Below, piece after piece: positions 26,360-38,100 of a DNA stretch of 42,443 nucleotides (position 1 is its first letter; the number at the start of each line of letters is the position of its first letter). The position numbers and the translations under genes are program-made. This DNA is from Desulfobacteraceae bacterium (GTDB taxonomy: Bacteria > Desulfobacterota > Desulfobacteria > Desulfobacterales > Desulfosarcinaceae), in the NCBI GenBank assembly GCA_027025615.1, contig JALVQM010000166.1:1-42443 (forward strand). The letters are read 5' to 3'. Below the pieces are notes generated by a model. That model was not told where the DNA came from and did not search any database. It worked only from the letters and a program-made list of their open reading frames with translations.

Positions 26360-27799
26360 ATGAATATAGCAGTTGTAGGCGGAGGTAAACGATGTAAGCA
26401 GCTGATAGAGATGATCGATCGGCATAGTTTCCAGGAGGTCGATCCAAAAATCCTGGTGGTTGCCGAATCTGATCCACAGGCACCCGGTGTCATGGCAGCC
26501 AGGCAGAGAGACATCCTTGTGGTGGAAGATTACAACCAGGTGCTTGGGCGTGACGACATTGACCTAATAGTTGAGCTTACCGGAAGCATGGATGTCTACA
26601 ATAACATTATTGCTAAAAAAAAGAATGCAGTACGTGCAATAGCGGCCCAAACCGCCCAATTGTTTTGGGAAATATCGAGGATATCGACTTTACAGAAAAA
26701 GACAGACCAGGAGCTGCGCGAAACCCGGTCTCTATATCACATGGTTATAAACGAGTTGCTCCAGGAAGATGTGCTGGTAATTTCCTATGATTATAGAATT
26801 CTCGACATAAACGATACTTTACTGAAAAAGCTTGGTTTGAGCCGGGAACAGGTGATTGGCAGGCCGTGCTATGAAATTACCCACAAAAGACAAGCGCCCT
26901 GCGACGGTGATCTGCACCCCTGCCCCCTGAAAGAAACCCTGGCAACTGAAAAGCCCTCTCAAACCACCCACATTCATTTCGATAAAAACGATCGCAAAAT
27001 GTACTACTCCATTTCGACTTACCCTTTGATCGAACACGGCGATGTTATTGGGGCCATAGAAATTTCAAGGGATATAAGCAATGAGATCAATGTTCAGAAA
27101 TCATTGATGCACCAAGAAAAAATGGCATCCATAGGAAGATTGTCGGCAGGTGTTGCTCACGAAATCAACAATCCACTGACAACGATTCTGACCACAACCA
27201 TGCTGGTCCAGGAGGATTTACCCAAAAATGATCCAATTTACAATGAACTGGAAACAATAGCCAAAGAAACTCTGCGTTGCCGCAAAATAGTAACCAGCCT
27301 GTTAAATTTTGCCCGGCAAAACAAACCGGTCATCCAGCCTCACAAAATCAACGAAATTGTGATGGACAGTATTATTCTCACCCACAAGCAGGCTGCCTTC
27401 AAAGACATAAGTATTGAACATGATCTTGCCAATAACATACCCAAAGTGCCTATTGATAAAGGCCAGATTGAGCAGGTATTGATCAATCTGGTACTCAATG
27501 CCATCGACGCGACTGAACCAGGTGGAACTATATTTGTAAAAACAAGCTGGGATGAAAGCAAACAAGAAGTGGCGGTTCAGGTTATAGATACGGGAAAAGG
27601 AATTGATCCTGGAGACATAGATAGAATTTTCGATCCCTTTTTTACCACCAAGGGTAACGGCACCGGGCTTGGGCTTGCACTTTCCCATGGAATTATAGAA
27701 GAACATGGCGGAGCCATTAATGTTGAAAGCGAGCCCGGGTACGGTACAACTTTTACCATTTTGCTGAAATCTGAAAAGGGAAATAATCATGGCTCGTAA
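26360..27799 (+). CDS. Cytoplasmic sensor histidine kinase: Rossmann-like N-domain, Cys/His-bearing PAS, HisKA and HATPase
   Basis: There are no TM segments. MNIAVVGGGKRC... has a beta-alpha-beta-like start. The PAS carries GRPCYEITHKRQAPCDGDLHPCP. H-box [10 protein letters not shown] and G boxes DTGKGI and GTGLGLA. Confidence 0.85.
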   Translation: MNIAVVGGGKRCKQLIEMIDRHSFQEVDPKILVVAESDPQAPGVMAARQRDILVVEDYNQVLGRDDIDLIVELTGSMDVYNNIIAKKKNAVRAIAAQTAQLFWEISRISTLQKKTDQELRETRSLYHMVINELLQEDVLVISYDYRILDINDTLLKKLGLSREQVIGRPCYEITHKRQAPCDGDLHPCPLKETLATEKPSQTTHIHFDKNDRKMYYSISTYPLIEHGDVIGAIEISRDISNEINVQKSLMHQEKMASIGRLSAGVAHEINNPLTTILTTTMLVQEDLPKNDPIYNELETIAKETLRCRKIVTSLLNFARQNKPVIQPHKINEIVMDSIILTHKQAAFKDISIEHDLANNIPKVPIDKGQIEQVLINLVLNAIDATEPGGTIFVKTSWDESKQEVAVQVIDTGKGIDPGDIDRIFDPFFTTKGNGTGLGLALSHGIIEEHGGAINVESEPGYGTTFTILLKSEKGNNHGS

Positions 27800-29198
27800 A
27801 ATCGTCCGCCTGCTTATAGTGGATGATGAAATCCAGATCTGCAAAAGCTGTGTCAAGATATTAGCAAAGGTAGGTTACCAGGCTGATTTTGCCCTTGATG
27901 GTTATAACGCCCTAAAACTGCTGGCAAGCAAATCTTACGACTGCCTGCTGCTGGATCTAAAAATGAGCCGTATGGGCGGCATGCAAGTACTACGCGCAGT
28001 TAAAAGAAACTATCCGGAAACAAAAGTAATTGTAGTTACGGGTTACTCGAGTGTATCTTCAGCGGTTGAAGTTATGAAACTCGGAGCTTGCGACTATTTA
28101 CCAAAACCTTTTACTCCCGAGGAATTACGCGCTGTAGTAAAACAGGCAATATCTGAAAAACAGCTTGAAACTGAAAATCGCCGCCTTAAGCGAGGATTAG
28201 TAAAAAATCGTCCCCTTAGCCATCAATTGATTGGCAACAGTCCCCAGATAAAAAAAGTAGTCCAGATGGTGGCCAAGGTAGCCCCTACCGATTCGACGGT
28301 TGTTGTCTGTGGTGAAAGCGGAACCGGCAAAGAGTTGATCGCCAGAGCGGTTCACGCCAACAGCAAAAGAGCTGACAAAGTTTTTTTTGCAGTCGATTGT
28401 GGGACCCTTTCCAAGAACCTTCTGGAAAGCGAATTGTTCGGGCATAAAAAGGGTGCTTTTACCGGGGCTTACAAGGAAAAGCAGGGAGTGTTCCTGCGTG
28501 CCGACGGTGGCACTGTATTTCTCGACGAGATAAGCAACATTGACCTTGAAGTCCAGGGTAAACTGCTGAGGTTTATTGAAAGCCGCGAATTTTTGCCCAT
28601 AGGGGCTACCCGGCCGCAAAAAGTTGACGTGCGCTTGATTTTTGCTTCTAACCGGAATCTTAAAGAACTGGTCGACAAGGGGCTTTTCAGGGAAGATTTT
28701 TATTACCGGATTTTTGTCTACCCCATAGACCTGCCACCGTTACGCGAGCGCAAAGAAGACATCCTGCCAATCGCTTACCATTTCCTGTCGGTTTTCAGCA
28801 ATCGCATAGGCAAAAGCATTAAAGGCTTCAATGATAACGCAATTAAACATCTCACAACGTTTCAGTGGCCGGGCAATGTACGCCAGCTGCGCAATGTAAT
28901 TGAACGGGCAACCATTTTATCTGAATCCGACCATATCTCCTCAAAAGATCTTGCCTTGTTGAATGAAGCAGATCCATTGGAACAATTAATAGATTATGTA
29001 CCTGAAACCAATGATGAGCTTAAAAGAGTAAAGAAACAGATTCGCGCAAAAGCAATTGCCAAGGTGGAAAAAAATTTTTTACTCAATGCATTATTGAAAA
29101 ATGACTGGAATATAACCCGTGCCGCAGCCAAGGTGGGCCTCCAGAGAACTAACTTCCAGGCTATGATGAAAAAACATGGCATCAGACGACCTGTCTGA
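27789..29198 (+). CDS. NtrC-family sigma54-dependent response regulator (REC-AAA+-HTH)
   Basis: LLIVDDE...LLLDLKMSRMGG receiver, GESGTGKE, KGAFTGAYKEKQGVF, VFLDEISN, and C-terminal HTH ITRAAAKVGLQRTNFQAMMKKHGI. Overlaps the kinase gene by 11 nt. Confidence 0.9.
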   Translation: MARKIVRLLIVDDEIQICKSCVKILAKVGYQADFALDGYNALKLLASKSYDCLLLDLKMSRMGGMQVLRAVKRNYPETKVIVVTGYSSVSSAVEVMKLGACDYLPKPFTPEELRAVVKQAISEKQLETENRRLKRGLVKNRPLSHQLIGNSPQIKKVVQMVAKVAPTDSTVVVCGESGTGKELIARAVHANSKRADKVFFAVDCGTLSKNLLESELFGHKKGAFTGAYKEKQGVFLRADGGTVFLDEISNIDLEVQGKLLRFIESREFLPIGATRPQKVDVRLIFASNRNLKELVDKGLFREDFYYRIFVYPIDLPPLRERKEDILPIAYHFLSVFSNRIGKSIKGFNDNAIKHLTTFQWPGNVRQLRNVIERATILSESDHISSKDLALLNEADPLEQLIDYVPETNDELKRVKKQIRAKAIAKVEKNFLLNALLKNDWNITRAAAKVGLQRTNFQAMMKKHGIRRPV

Positions 29199-29559
29199 AC
29201 TCTAAAATGTATCCGTTGAATCGTGTATTTCCCCTGCATTTGTCATAATACAAAGCCGAGCATACGCCGGTATTTGCAAAGCGCAATTTCCTTTATCCAT
29301 ACCAACTACCTGTTTCTGTCTTTTATGTTATAACCTTTTACTGAAATGAAATTGAACCAACTATCATCAGAGTAACAAGTCCCTGAACAGGCTGTGATAA
29401 AAGGTGGCAAACGCAGTTGAGCAAGGGCAAAATGAATCCTGCAGGTGCAACAGTGTTCAAACACAAATCCGGCTGTGATTGCCACGTGCTTACAATACGC
29501 TGCAACCACCATCGAATGCAGCCCGGCAAGGATATGAAGCCCGCAAAAAAACATCTGAC

Positions 29560-29588
29560 TTGACAAAAAAATTTTTTGGGAATAGATA
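29560..29588 (+). promoter_or_regulatory. Candidate sigma70-type promoter of the GntR/rocD operon
   Basis: TTGACA (29560-29565), a 17-nt spacer, then TAGATA (29583-29588). The -10 element is weak (3 of 6 matches). Confidence 0.3.
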
Positions 29589-29594
29589 TCTGTC

Positions 29595-29610
29595 TAACTG
29601 TTTAACTGTT
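29595..29610 (+). promoter_or_regulatory. Tandem direct repeat TAACTGTT x2 (candidate GntR operator)
   Basis: The two copies are exactly adjacent, just downstream of the putative -10 and 20 nt before the GntR start. Confidence 0.3.
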
Positions 29611-29629
29611 TGACTTTTGCTCAATAAGG

Positions 29630-30364
29630 ATGAATATGAACGTAACATTCAAAAAACACAAGCCAAATCGAATCTTTCAACATGTGGTCGACGAAATCCA
29701 GGCCGCTATCCTTGAGGGGCGTCTGAAGCCGGGAGATCAGCTTCCATCGGAAATGAAACTCAAAGACATGTTTGACACCAGCCGGGGCACCATACGCGAA
29801 GCCTTGCGGGTACTTGAACAAAAAGGCCTGATTGATATCAAAATTGGGGTAACCGGCGGAGCCGTAGTTAAAAAAATTGATACCAGGCAGATCACTGAAG
29901 GTCTCAACCTGCTGGTGCAGTCCCAAAACGTATCTTTTGAGCAACTGGTTGAATTCCGGGAAGCGGTCGAAGGCATAGTAGCAGCTCTCGCCGCCGAACG
30001 GGCAACCCCAAAAGATGTTCGGTATTTACGCAAACTAATGGATGAAGCCGACAAGCTGCTGCAGGAAGGCTCCAAGCACTGGACAAAACTGCTGGAAATT
30101 GACGTAAAACTGCACATAGCAATTTCTGAGGTAGCCGGCAACCCGGTTTTCGTTGCAGTGTTACGCATGGTTCATGAAAACATACTTGATTCTTTTGAAT
30201 GGTTTGACCTGGGCAACAGTCATGTTCTGGAAGAAAATTTTCAGGACATGGCCCAACTGGTTGAGGCCATTGCCAACGGCCGTGCCACCGAGGCCCGTTC
30301 ACTGGCATGCTACCACGTCCGCAGGTTTCACGATTACCTGAAACGCGGAACAATGGGAAATTGA
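29630..30364 (+). CDS. GntR-family regulator, FadR/FCD subfamily
   Basis: wHTH LPSEMKLKDMFDTSRGTIREALRVLEQKGLI plus a helical FCD-like C-domain. The ATG at 29636 is an equally plausible start. Confidence 0.85.
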   Translation: MNMNVTFKKHKPNRIFQHVVDEIQAAILEGRLKPGDQLPSEMKLKDMFDTSRGTIREALRVLEQKGLIDIKIGVTGGAVVKKIDTRQITEGLNLLVQSQNVSFEQLVEFREAVEGIVAALAAERATPKDVRYLRKLMDEADKLLQEGSKHWTKLLEIDVKLHIAISEVAGNPVFVAVLRMVHENILDSFEWFDLGNSHVLEENFQDMAQLVEAIANGRATEARSLACYHVRRFHDYLKRGTMGN

Positions 30365-30409
30365 ACATCGTTTATTATCAACAGGATTGAGGAAGGAGAA
30401 TTATAATAA

Positions 30410-31609
30410 ATGAGCCAGGAAGCTTTCATCAATCTGGAACAACAGTACGGTGCCCACAATTACAAGCCGCTTGACGTGGTACTGACCCGTGGAGAAGGGG
30501 TATGGGTCTGGGACGTGGATGGAAACCGCTACATGGACTGCCTTTCAGCTTACTCGGCTGTTAACCAGGGCCACTGTCACCCCAGGATAATGGCAACCAT
30601 GATAGAACAGGCCCGCAAGCTTACATTAACATCACGGGCTTTCCGCAACGATCAGCTAGGCTTGTTCTACAAAGAACTATGCGAGCTGACAAATTCCCAT
30701 AAAGTCCTGCCCATGAACAGCGGTGCCGAGGCTGTTGAAACCGTAATAAAAGCGGTACGCAAATGGGGCTATCGGGTAAAAGGCGTCCCCGAAGAAAAAG
30801 CAGAAATAATTGTCTGCGAAAACAATTTCCACGGCAGGACGATTACCATTGTCGGTTTCAGCACTGATCCAACTTCCAGGGATGGTTTCGGTCCATTTAC
30901 CCCCGGGTTCAAAATCATCCCCTTCGGCAACGCCCGGGACCTTGAAAATGCTATTGGTCCAAACACCGTCGGGTTCCTGGTGGAACCCATCCAGGGTGAA
31001 GCCGGAGTTGTGATTCCCCCGCCCGGATATCTCAAGCAGGTAAAAGAAATCTGCCAACGCAACAATGTGGTTTTAATACTAGATGAAATTCAAACCGGAC
31101 TGGGCAGAACCGGAAAACTGTTGGCAGAAGAACACGAAGGTATAGAAGCGGATCTCACTCTGGTAGGCAAAGCTCTTTCAGGAGGATTTTATCCCGTATC
31201 GGCCGTTCTTTCCAACACCGAAGTACTTGGCGTGTTGCGTCCCGGCGAACACGGCAGCACATTTGGAGGCAATCCACTTGCCTGTGCCATTGCCAGAACA
31301 GCTCTTAAAGTCTTGATCGAAGAAAACCTGATCGCCAACGCGGCTGAAATGGGAACTTATTTCCTTGAAGGATTAAAGCAAATAAGCAACCCCAAAATCA
31401 AGGAAGTCCGCGGCAAGGGTCTTTTGCTAGCAGTTGAATTATACCCCGAAGCAGGCGGAGCCCGTGGCTATTGTGAGAGGTTAATGGAAAAGGGATTGCT
31501 CTGCAAAGAAACCCATGACAATATTATACGTTTTGCCCCTCCCCTTGTAATAACAAAAAAACAGGTGGACTGGGCCCTGGAACGTATCATCCCTGTCCTC
31601 CGTTCCTGA
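30410..31609 (+). CDS. rocD: Ornithine--oxo-acid aminotransferase
   Basis: [65 protein letters not shown]. The match to the OAT subfamily of class III transaminases looks close by eye. Confidence 0.8.
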   Translation: MSQEAFINLEQQYGAHNYKPLDVVLTRGEGVWVWDVDGNRYMDCLSAYSAVNQGHCHPRIMATMIEQARKLTLTSRAFRNDQLGLFYKELCELTNSHKVLPMNSGAEAVETVIKAVRKWGYRVKGVPEEKAEIIVCENNFHGRTITIVGFSTDPTSRDGFGPFTPGFKIIPFGNARDLENAIGPNTVGFLVEPIQGEAGVVIPPPGYLKQVKEICQRNNVVLILDEIQTGLGRTGKLLAEEHEGIEADLTLVGKALSGGFYPVSAVLSNTEVLGVLRPGEHGSTFGGNPLACAIARTALKVLIEENLIANAAEMGTYFLEGLKQISNPKIKEVRGKGLLLAVELYPEAGGARGYCERLMEKGLLCKETHDNIIRFAPPLVITKKQVDWALERIIPVLRS

Positions 31610-31620
31610 TTCCGTGATAA

Positions 31621-32568
<948 letters not shown>

Positions 32569-32623
32569 CAGCCAGAAGAGGTTGGAGATTTTCGGCAGTG
32601 CTGAACAAAAAGAGAGGACTGTA

Positions 32624-33946
32624 ATGGTAGAAAAAGTAATAATAATGGGAGCGGCTGGAAGAGACTTTCATAATTTTAACGTCTATTTCAAGGATAATCC
32701 CAGGTACCGGGTTATCTGCTTTACCGCCACCCAGATCCCGGATATAGAGGGACGGCGCTATCCTGGCCAATTGGCCGGGGAAATGTACCCCGAAGGAATA
32801 CCAATTTTCCCTGAAGAACAATTAAAGCAGCTTATTGAAACTCATAAGATAGACCTGGTGGCTTTCTCCTATAGTGACATTTCCTACGTCAATCTGATGC
32901 ATAAAGCATCTACAGCCATGGCCGCCGGGGCCGATTTCATTCTCATTGGCGCCACATACACAATGCTGCGTTCAGCCAAACCTGTAATATCTGTCTGCGC
33001 AGTCAGAACCGGCTGCGGCAAATCCCAGACAACAAGGTACGTTTGTAACCTGTTACGCAAACAGGGTAAAAAAGTCGTGGCCGTGCGCCATCCAATGCCC
33101 TATGGAGACCTTACCAGACAGGTAGTCCAGAGATTCAGCTCTTACGAGGATTTTGATCTTCACCAGTGTACAATTGAAGAGCGCGAAGAATACGAACCCC
33201 TTGTCTCCCAGGGAATTGTGGTTTATGCCGGGACAGACTATGAAAAAATTCTGCGCCAGGCAGAACGTGAAGCTGATATAATTATCTGGGACGGAGGCAA
33301 CAATGATACGCCTTTTTACTACCCGGATGTCCACATAGTTGTCTTCGATCCTCATCGTTCCGGACATGAGCGTCTTTACTTCCCAGGTGAAACCAACATG
33401 CTGATGGCTGATATCGCAGTTATAAACAAGGTGGACAGCGCCCCGGAAGCAGCAGTTAAGCAGGTAAGACAAACGATAAAAGAATTAAATCAGTCTGCTG
33501 ATATCGTTCTTGCCGAATCTGAAGTTATGGTCGACAAACCGGAAGTAATAAAGGGAAAGCGCGTTCTGGTGGTAGAAGACGGGCCGACCTTGACCCACGG
33601 TGAGATGTCATTCGGGGCCGGGACAATCGCAGCCAGACGAAATGGAGCTGCTGAAATCGTCAGCCCGTTGCCTTTTGCCGTTGGCAGTATAAAAGAAACT
33701 TTTGCAAAATATCCAAATGTCTCTGATGTCTTGCCGGCCATGGGGTACAGCCGTAAGCAAATTGCAGATCTCCAGGAAACTATTAGGAAAACCGACTGCG
33801 ATCTTGTCCTGTTTGCCACCCCAATAGATTTGCCGAAGCTGGTAGAAATAGACAAACCCACCGCCAGGGTTAGATATGAATATAAGGACCATGGCGGTTC
33901 AAGCCTGGCGGATAAACTCTTAAAACGTTTTGCCAAACTTGGTTGA
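32624..33946 (+). CDS. COG2403-like P-loop protein (cyclic 2,3-diphosphoglycerate synthetase-like / predicted GTPase)
   Basis: VIIMGAAGRDFHNFN N-domain, Walker A VRTGCGKSQTT, and a later IIWDGGNND Walker-B-like strand. ATG 32624 follows GAGAGGA. The family call is from memory of the architecture only. Confidence 0.5.
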   Translation: MVEKVIIMGAAGRDFHNFNVYFKDNPRYRVICFTATQIPDIEGRRYPGQLAGEMYPEGIPIFPEEQLKQLIETHKIDLVAFSYSDISYVNLMHKASTAMAAGADFILIGATYTMLRSAKPVISVCAVRTGCGKSQTTRYVCNLLRKQGKKVVAVRHPMPYGDLTRQVVQRFSSYEDFDLHQCTIEEREEYEPLVSQGIVVYAGTDYEKILRQAEREADIIIWDGGNNDTPFYYPDVHIVVFDPHRSGHERLYFPGETNMLMADIAVINKVDSAPEAAVKQVRQTIKELNQSADIVLAESEVMVDKPEVIKGKRVLVVEDGPTLTHGEMSFGAGTIAARRNGAAEIVSPLPFAVGSIKETFAKYPNVSDVLPAMGYSRKQIADLQETIRKTDCDLVLFATPIDLPKLVEIDKPTARVRYEYKDHGGSSLADKLLKRFAKLG

Positions 33947-34044
33947 ACATTGGCCCGGCAAAGAAACCTGCTGTCCTTTCCGTGCAAAATGTGCACAGAA
34001 AGGTATGTCATGTAGCCATTGATAACAGTTGGGAACTTGTACAA

Positions 34045-34968
34045 ATGAAACAGAAAACACTCCTGGTCGCCCTGGGGGGCAATGCCCTTATCCAAAGAGG
34101 TCAGCAAGGCACCATTGAGGAACAATTTACCAACCTGCAGGTACCTATGGCCCAACTGGCCAGGTTATCCCGCCGCTATCGAATAATCATTACCCACGGC
34201 AACGGCCCCCAGGTGGGCAACCTGCTGATGCAGCAAGATTGTTGTGATGCAGTTCCAAAACTGCCCCTGGAAATACTGGTCGCTCAAACCCAGGGTCAAA
34301 TCGGCTATATGATAGAGTCCACCCTGGACACCGAACTGATGCATCTAGGGGTAAGTAGCGGTCAACCCCTGATAACCGTTATAACTTATGTAGTAGTAGA
34401 CGAAAATGACCCTGCCTTCAATGAACCAAGCAAGCCAATCGGTCCTTCTTATCCCAAGGAAACTGCCGAAAAATTGCCCTATCCTATGAAACAGACACCC
34501 AAAGGTTACCGGCGAGTGGTTGTTTCCCCCAAGCCAGTGACCATCGTAGAAAAACGCGAAATAAAGCGCCTTATCGACATGGGTTTCATCGTCATCTGCT
34601 GTGGTGGCGGGGGTATTCCGGTTATCCGTGAAGGGCGCAAATTTTGCGGCGTTGATGCAGTTATCGACAAGGACCTGGTCAGTGCCAAGCTGGCCGAGGA
34701 AATAGGTGTCGATTTATTCATTATTGCTTCGGACGTAGAAGGTGTCTACCTTGATTATAACTCTGACAATAGAAAATTAATGCGGAAAATGACCGTTGCC
34801 CAGGCTGAAAAACACCTCAGGCAGGGACAGTTTCCGGCCGGCTCCATGGGGCCCAAGGTCCAGGCGGCAATAAATTTCGTGCGTAACCACGGCAAACGTG
34901 CCGTGATCACCCATATTTCATCCATTGAAAAAGCTGTCCTGTCCAAAGCTGGCAGCCAGATTATATAA
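34045..34968 (+). CDS. arcC: Carbamate kinase
   Basis: LVALGGNAL, ITHGNGPQVG, CCGGGGIPV. The start is set at the ATG at 34045, giving an MKQKTLLVALGGNAL N-terminus. The tracked start at 33943 adds an N-terminal extension and overlaps the preceding gene. Confidence 0.85.
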   Translation: MKQKTLLVALGGNALIQRGQQGTIEEQFTNLQVPMAQLARLSRRYRIIITHGNGPQVGNLLMQQDCCDAVPKLPLEILVAQTQGQIGYMIESTLDTELMHLGVSSGQPLITVITYVVVDENDPAFNEPSKPIGPSYPKETAEKLPYPMKQTPKGYRRVVVSPKPVTIVEKREIKRLIDMGFIVICCGGGGIPVIREGRKFCGVDAVIDKDLVSAKLAEEIGVDLFIIASDVEGVYLDYNSDNRKLMRKMTVAQAEKHLRQGQFPAGSMGPKVQAAINFVRNHGKRAVITHISSIEKAVLSKAGSQII

Positions 34969-35123
34969 TTATATGAAAGGCTTAAAATAACCCTACCACA
35001 ACACCTGGGAATTGGATTTAGTTTCTTCAGACATTAATGGACCTTGGGCCATCAAGTCGTTGACATCCTACCGTGCATTCAATAAACACATTTAATAAGC
35101 ACTTTACGGGAAGGATCGAGTTT

Positions 35124-38100
35124 ATGCGAATTTCGGTGCGATGGTCCCTGGTGGTCGGTTTTCTTGGCCTGATCTGGGGAACTCACCTAATCACAGCCTC
35201 TTCGGCATTTTTCACCTCCCAAAAGGCATTGAATCGGCATGCACGAAAGATCATGGATACGGTGGCCGACAGGGCCAGGATCCAGACTGTGGCCTATCTT
35301 GACCAGGCACGCCGAACTGCTTTGCTGACTGCCAGCATGTTAACTTCCAGACATTTCGATCTAAAAACTGATCAAACCAATCCCCTGTTCACCTATTTTC
35401 ACAACCAGATGGTAATGCAGCCCTCTCTGGCCGGAATTTTTATTGGCTGCCCTAACGGCGATTTTCTTGATTTACGTCGGTCGAACATTGATGGAAAGCC
35501 CGCGTTTAGAATAAAGATAATCAGCTCCGCAGATTCGGATAGAAAAGTACTGTTTGCCTGGTACAATGATCGCTGGACACTTTTAAAAGAAAAACATGAC
35601 CCTAACGACAGTTACGACCCCCGACAGCGGCCATGGTATCAGAGTGCTGCGAAGGCTTCAGGAACAATCTGGACCGACCCTTACATTTTTTTTTCATCCC
35701 AGAAGCCAGGTATTACAGCTGCTACACCTTTGTTCGACAAGTCCTCCGGTGCTATAACCGGGGTTGTGGGAGTTGATATAGAGATCGATGCCCTGTCCAC
35801 TTTCTTTGCAAACCTGAAAATCGGTGAACACGGTAAAGCTTTTTTGATCGACGGCAAGGGAAACCTGGTGGCTTTTCCCGACCTGGAGAAAATCAAAACA
35901 CCGAGTGAAGGTGACAGCAAACGTTTCCGCTTGGTATCAATTAATCAGCTCAGCGACCCTTTGAGCTCCAAGGCTTTTTCAGTAATGGCTTTTCAGCGAA
36001 ATGCCGCAAAACAGTATCAATTTCCAGCCTCGCGTTACGCAACTTTTGAACACCTTGGTCAACAATACCTATCCATGTTCAAAGCTCTGGATGAAAAGTC
36101 ACTTGGATGGGCAATTGGAGTCTACCTGCCTTCAAATGACTACTTAAGTGCAATCATTAAAAACCGTCGTCTTAACCTGTTCCTGACCCTTGCCATTTCC
36201 GCGGTAGCCACCTTGATTGGATTTTTTGTGGCATCCGGAATCATTAAACCGGTATCGAGACTTGCAAGTCAGGCGAATGCGATTGAACGCGGTGATTATG
36301 ACGCCATCCAACCCATTAAAACCCCTTATCGCGAAATACAGTCCACTGCCGACGCTTTTGAACAGATGAAAACAGCTGTCTTTGCCAGCCGCGAGAAGTA
36401 CAAATCGATTTTTGAAAATATTCAGGATATATACTATGAAATAACCCTTGATGGAACCATAATCGAAATCAGCCCGTCTGTTTACCGGATATACAAATAC
36501 AGCCGCAAGCAACTGCTCGGAAAAAACATGTTCCATTTCTACAAGCGGCCTGAAGACAGGCATAAATTACTTGAGCTCCTGAACAAACATGGCAGGCTGA
36601 CCGACTACGAAATCGTTCTTATCCACCCCGATAAGCATCAAATAATTGCGTCTATAAATTGCACCCTTGCCAGGGATGCGACTGGTCAGCCGAACCGGAT
36701 AATCGGTTCATTGCGTGATATTACCCCCAGAAAACTTGCCGAAGCCCGGCTACGTGCTTATAAAAACAAACTTGAAGAAATCATAAAGAAACGTACTTCG
36801 GCCCTGGAAAAAGCCAATGCCGACTTGCGGTCACAAATTGCTCAGCGACAAAAAACCGCAAAAGCTCTTCGCCACAGCGAGGAACGTTACCGCAACATAC
36901 TGGCCAGCATCCAGGAAGCATATTTTGAGATTGATCTTTCAGGCAGGTTGACATTTGTTAATGAAGCTGCTTTAAAAGTGGCAGGCTATACCAAACCAGA
37001 AGAAGTAATCGGTCTTCATCACAGCGAGTATACCAGTCCTGAGACAGCTTCCAGGGCAAAGAAAATTTTCGAAGAACTCAGACGCACTGGCAAGCCCACC
37101 AATATAGCACGCTATACATTGATAACCCGTGATGGGCAAAAACGCATAATGGAGGTTTCTGCTTCCCTTATTAAAGATTCAAAGGGCAGGCCAACAGGAT
37201 ACCGCGGTGTTGCCCGTGATATTACCGACAGGATCAGAAATGAGCGGGAAAAAGAAAAATTAAAATCACAATTGGAACAGGCGCTTCGGATGGAATCAAT
37301 CGGGACCCTGGCCGGTGGAGTGGCCCATGACTTCAACAATCTTCTCATGGGAATCCAGGGCAATGTATCTTTGCTTCTGATGAAAATCGGCAAGGAATCT
37401 GAACTTCGCCAATACATAGAAGCTATCCAGGATTGCGTGGAGAGTGGCTCGAGTCTTACCAGCCAATTGCTTGGTTTTGCCCGCGGCGGAAAGTACAATG
37501 TCCTTCCAATTGATCTGAATGAGGCTATTGATAACAGCTTACGTCTTTTCGGTCGAACACGCAGAAGTATCACCATAAACAAACAACTGGGCAAAAATCT
37601 ATGGACGGTTGAAGCCGACCGGAGTCAGATAGAACAGGTTTTAATGAACATATATGTAAATGCCTGGCAGGCCATTGAAGATACAGGTCAGATTACGGTC
37701 AGGTCGACAAATGTCCACCTTGGCCCGGAACAGGTTAAAGGATACGGGGCTGCCCCTGGCAGGTATGTGGAAATAAGTATACAGGATACTGGCAGGGGGA
37801 TGCCTGAAAACGTGCGCAAACGGATTTTCGAACCATTTTTCACAACCAAGCAAATGGGGCGCGGTACCGGCCTTGGGCTGGCCTCTGTGTTCGGCATAGT
37901 TAAAAACCACAAAGGATTTTTAAAGGTAGACAGTCAACTCGGCAAAGGAAGTATATTTACTATTTACCTTCCGGCCAGCGGCAAAAATTCGAAAAAATCG
38001 GGGCAGATCCAATCTGAAAGAAACTACGAGAAAGGAAACGAAACCATCCTGGTGATTGACGATGAACCATATATCTGTGAAGCATTTGAAGATTTACTTA

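Noticed and set aside
29405-29420. TGGCAA-N6-TTGA, considered as the sigma54 promoter targeted by the adjacent NtrC-type regulator.
   Set aside because: The spacing is one nucleotide too long. Both the -24 and the -12 elements deviate from consensus, with no GC at -12. It would place the transcription start on top of the small-ORF ATG.
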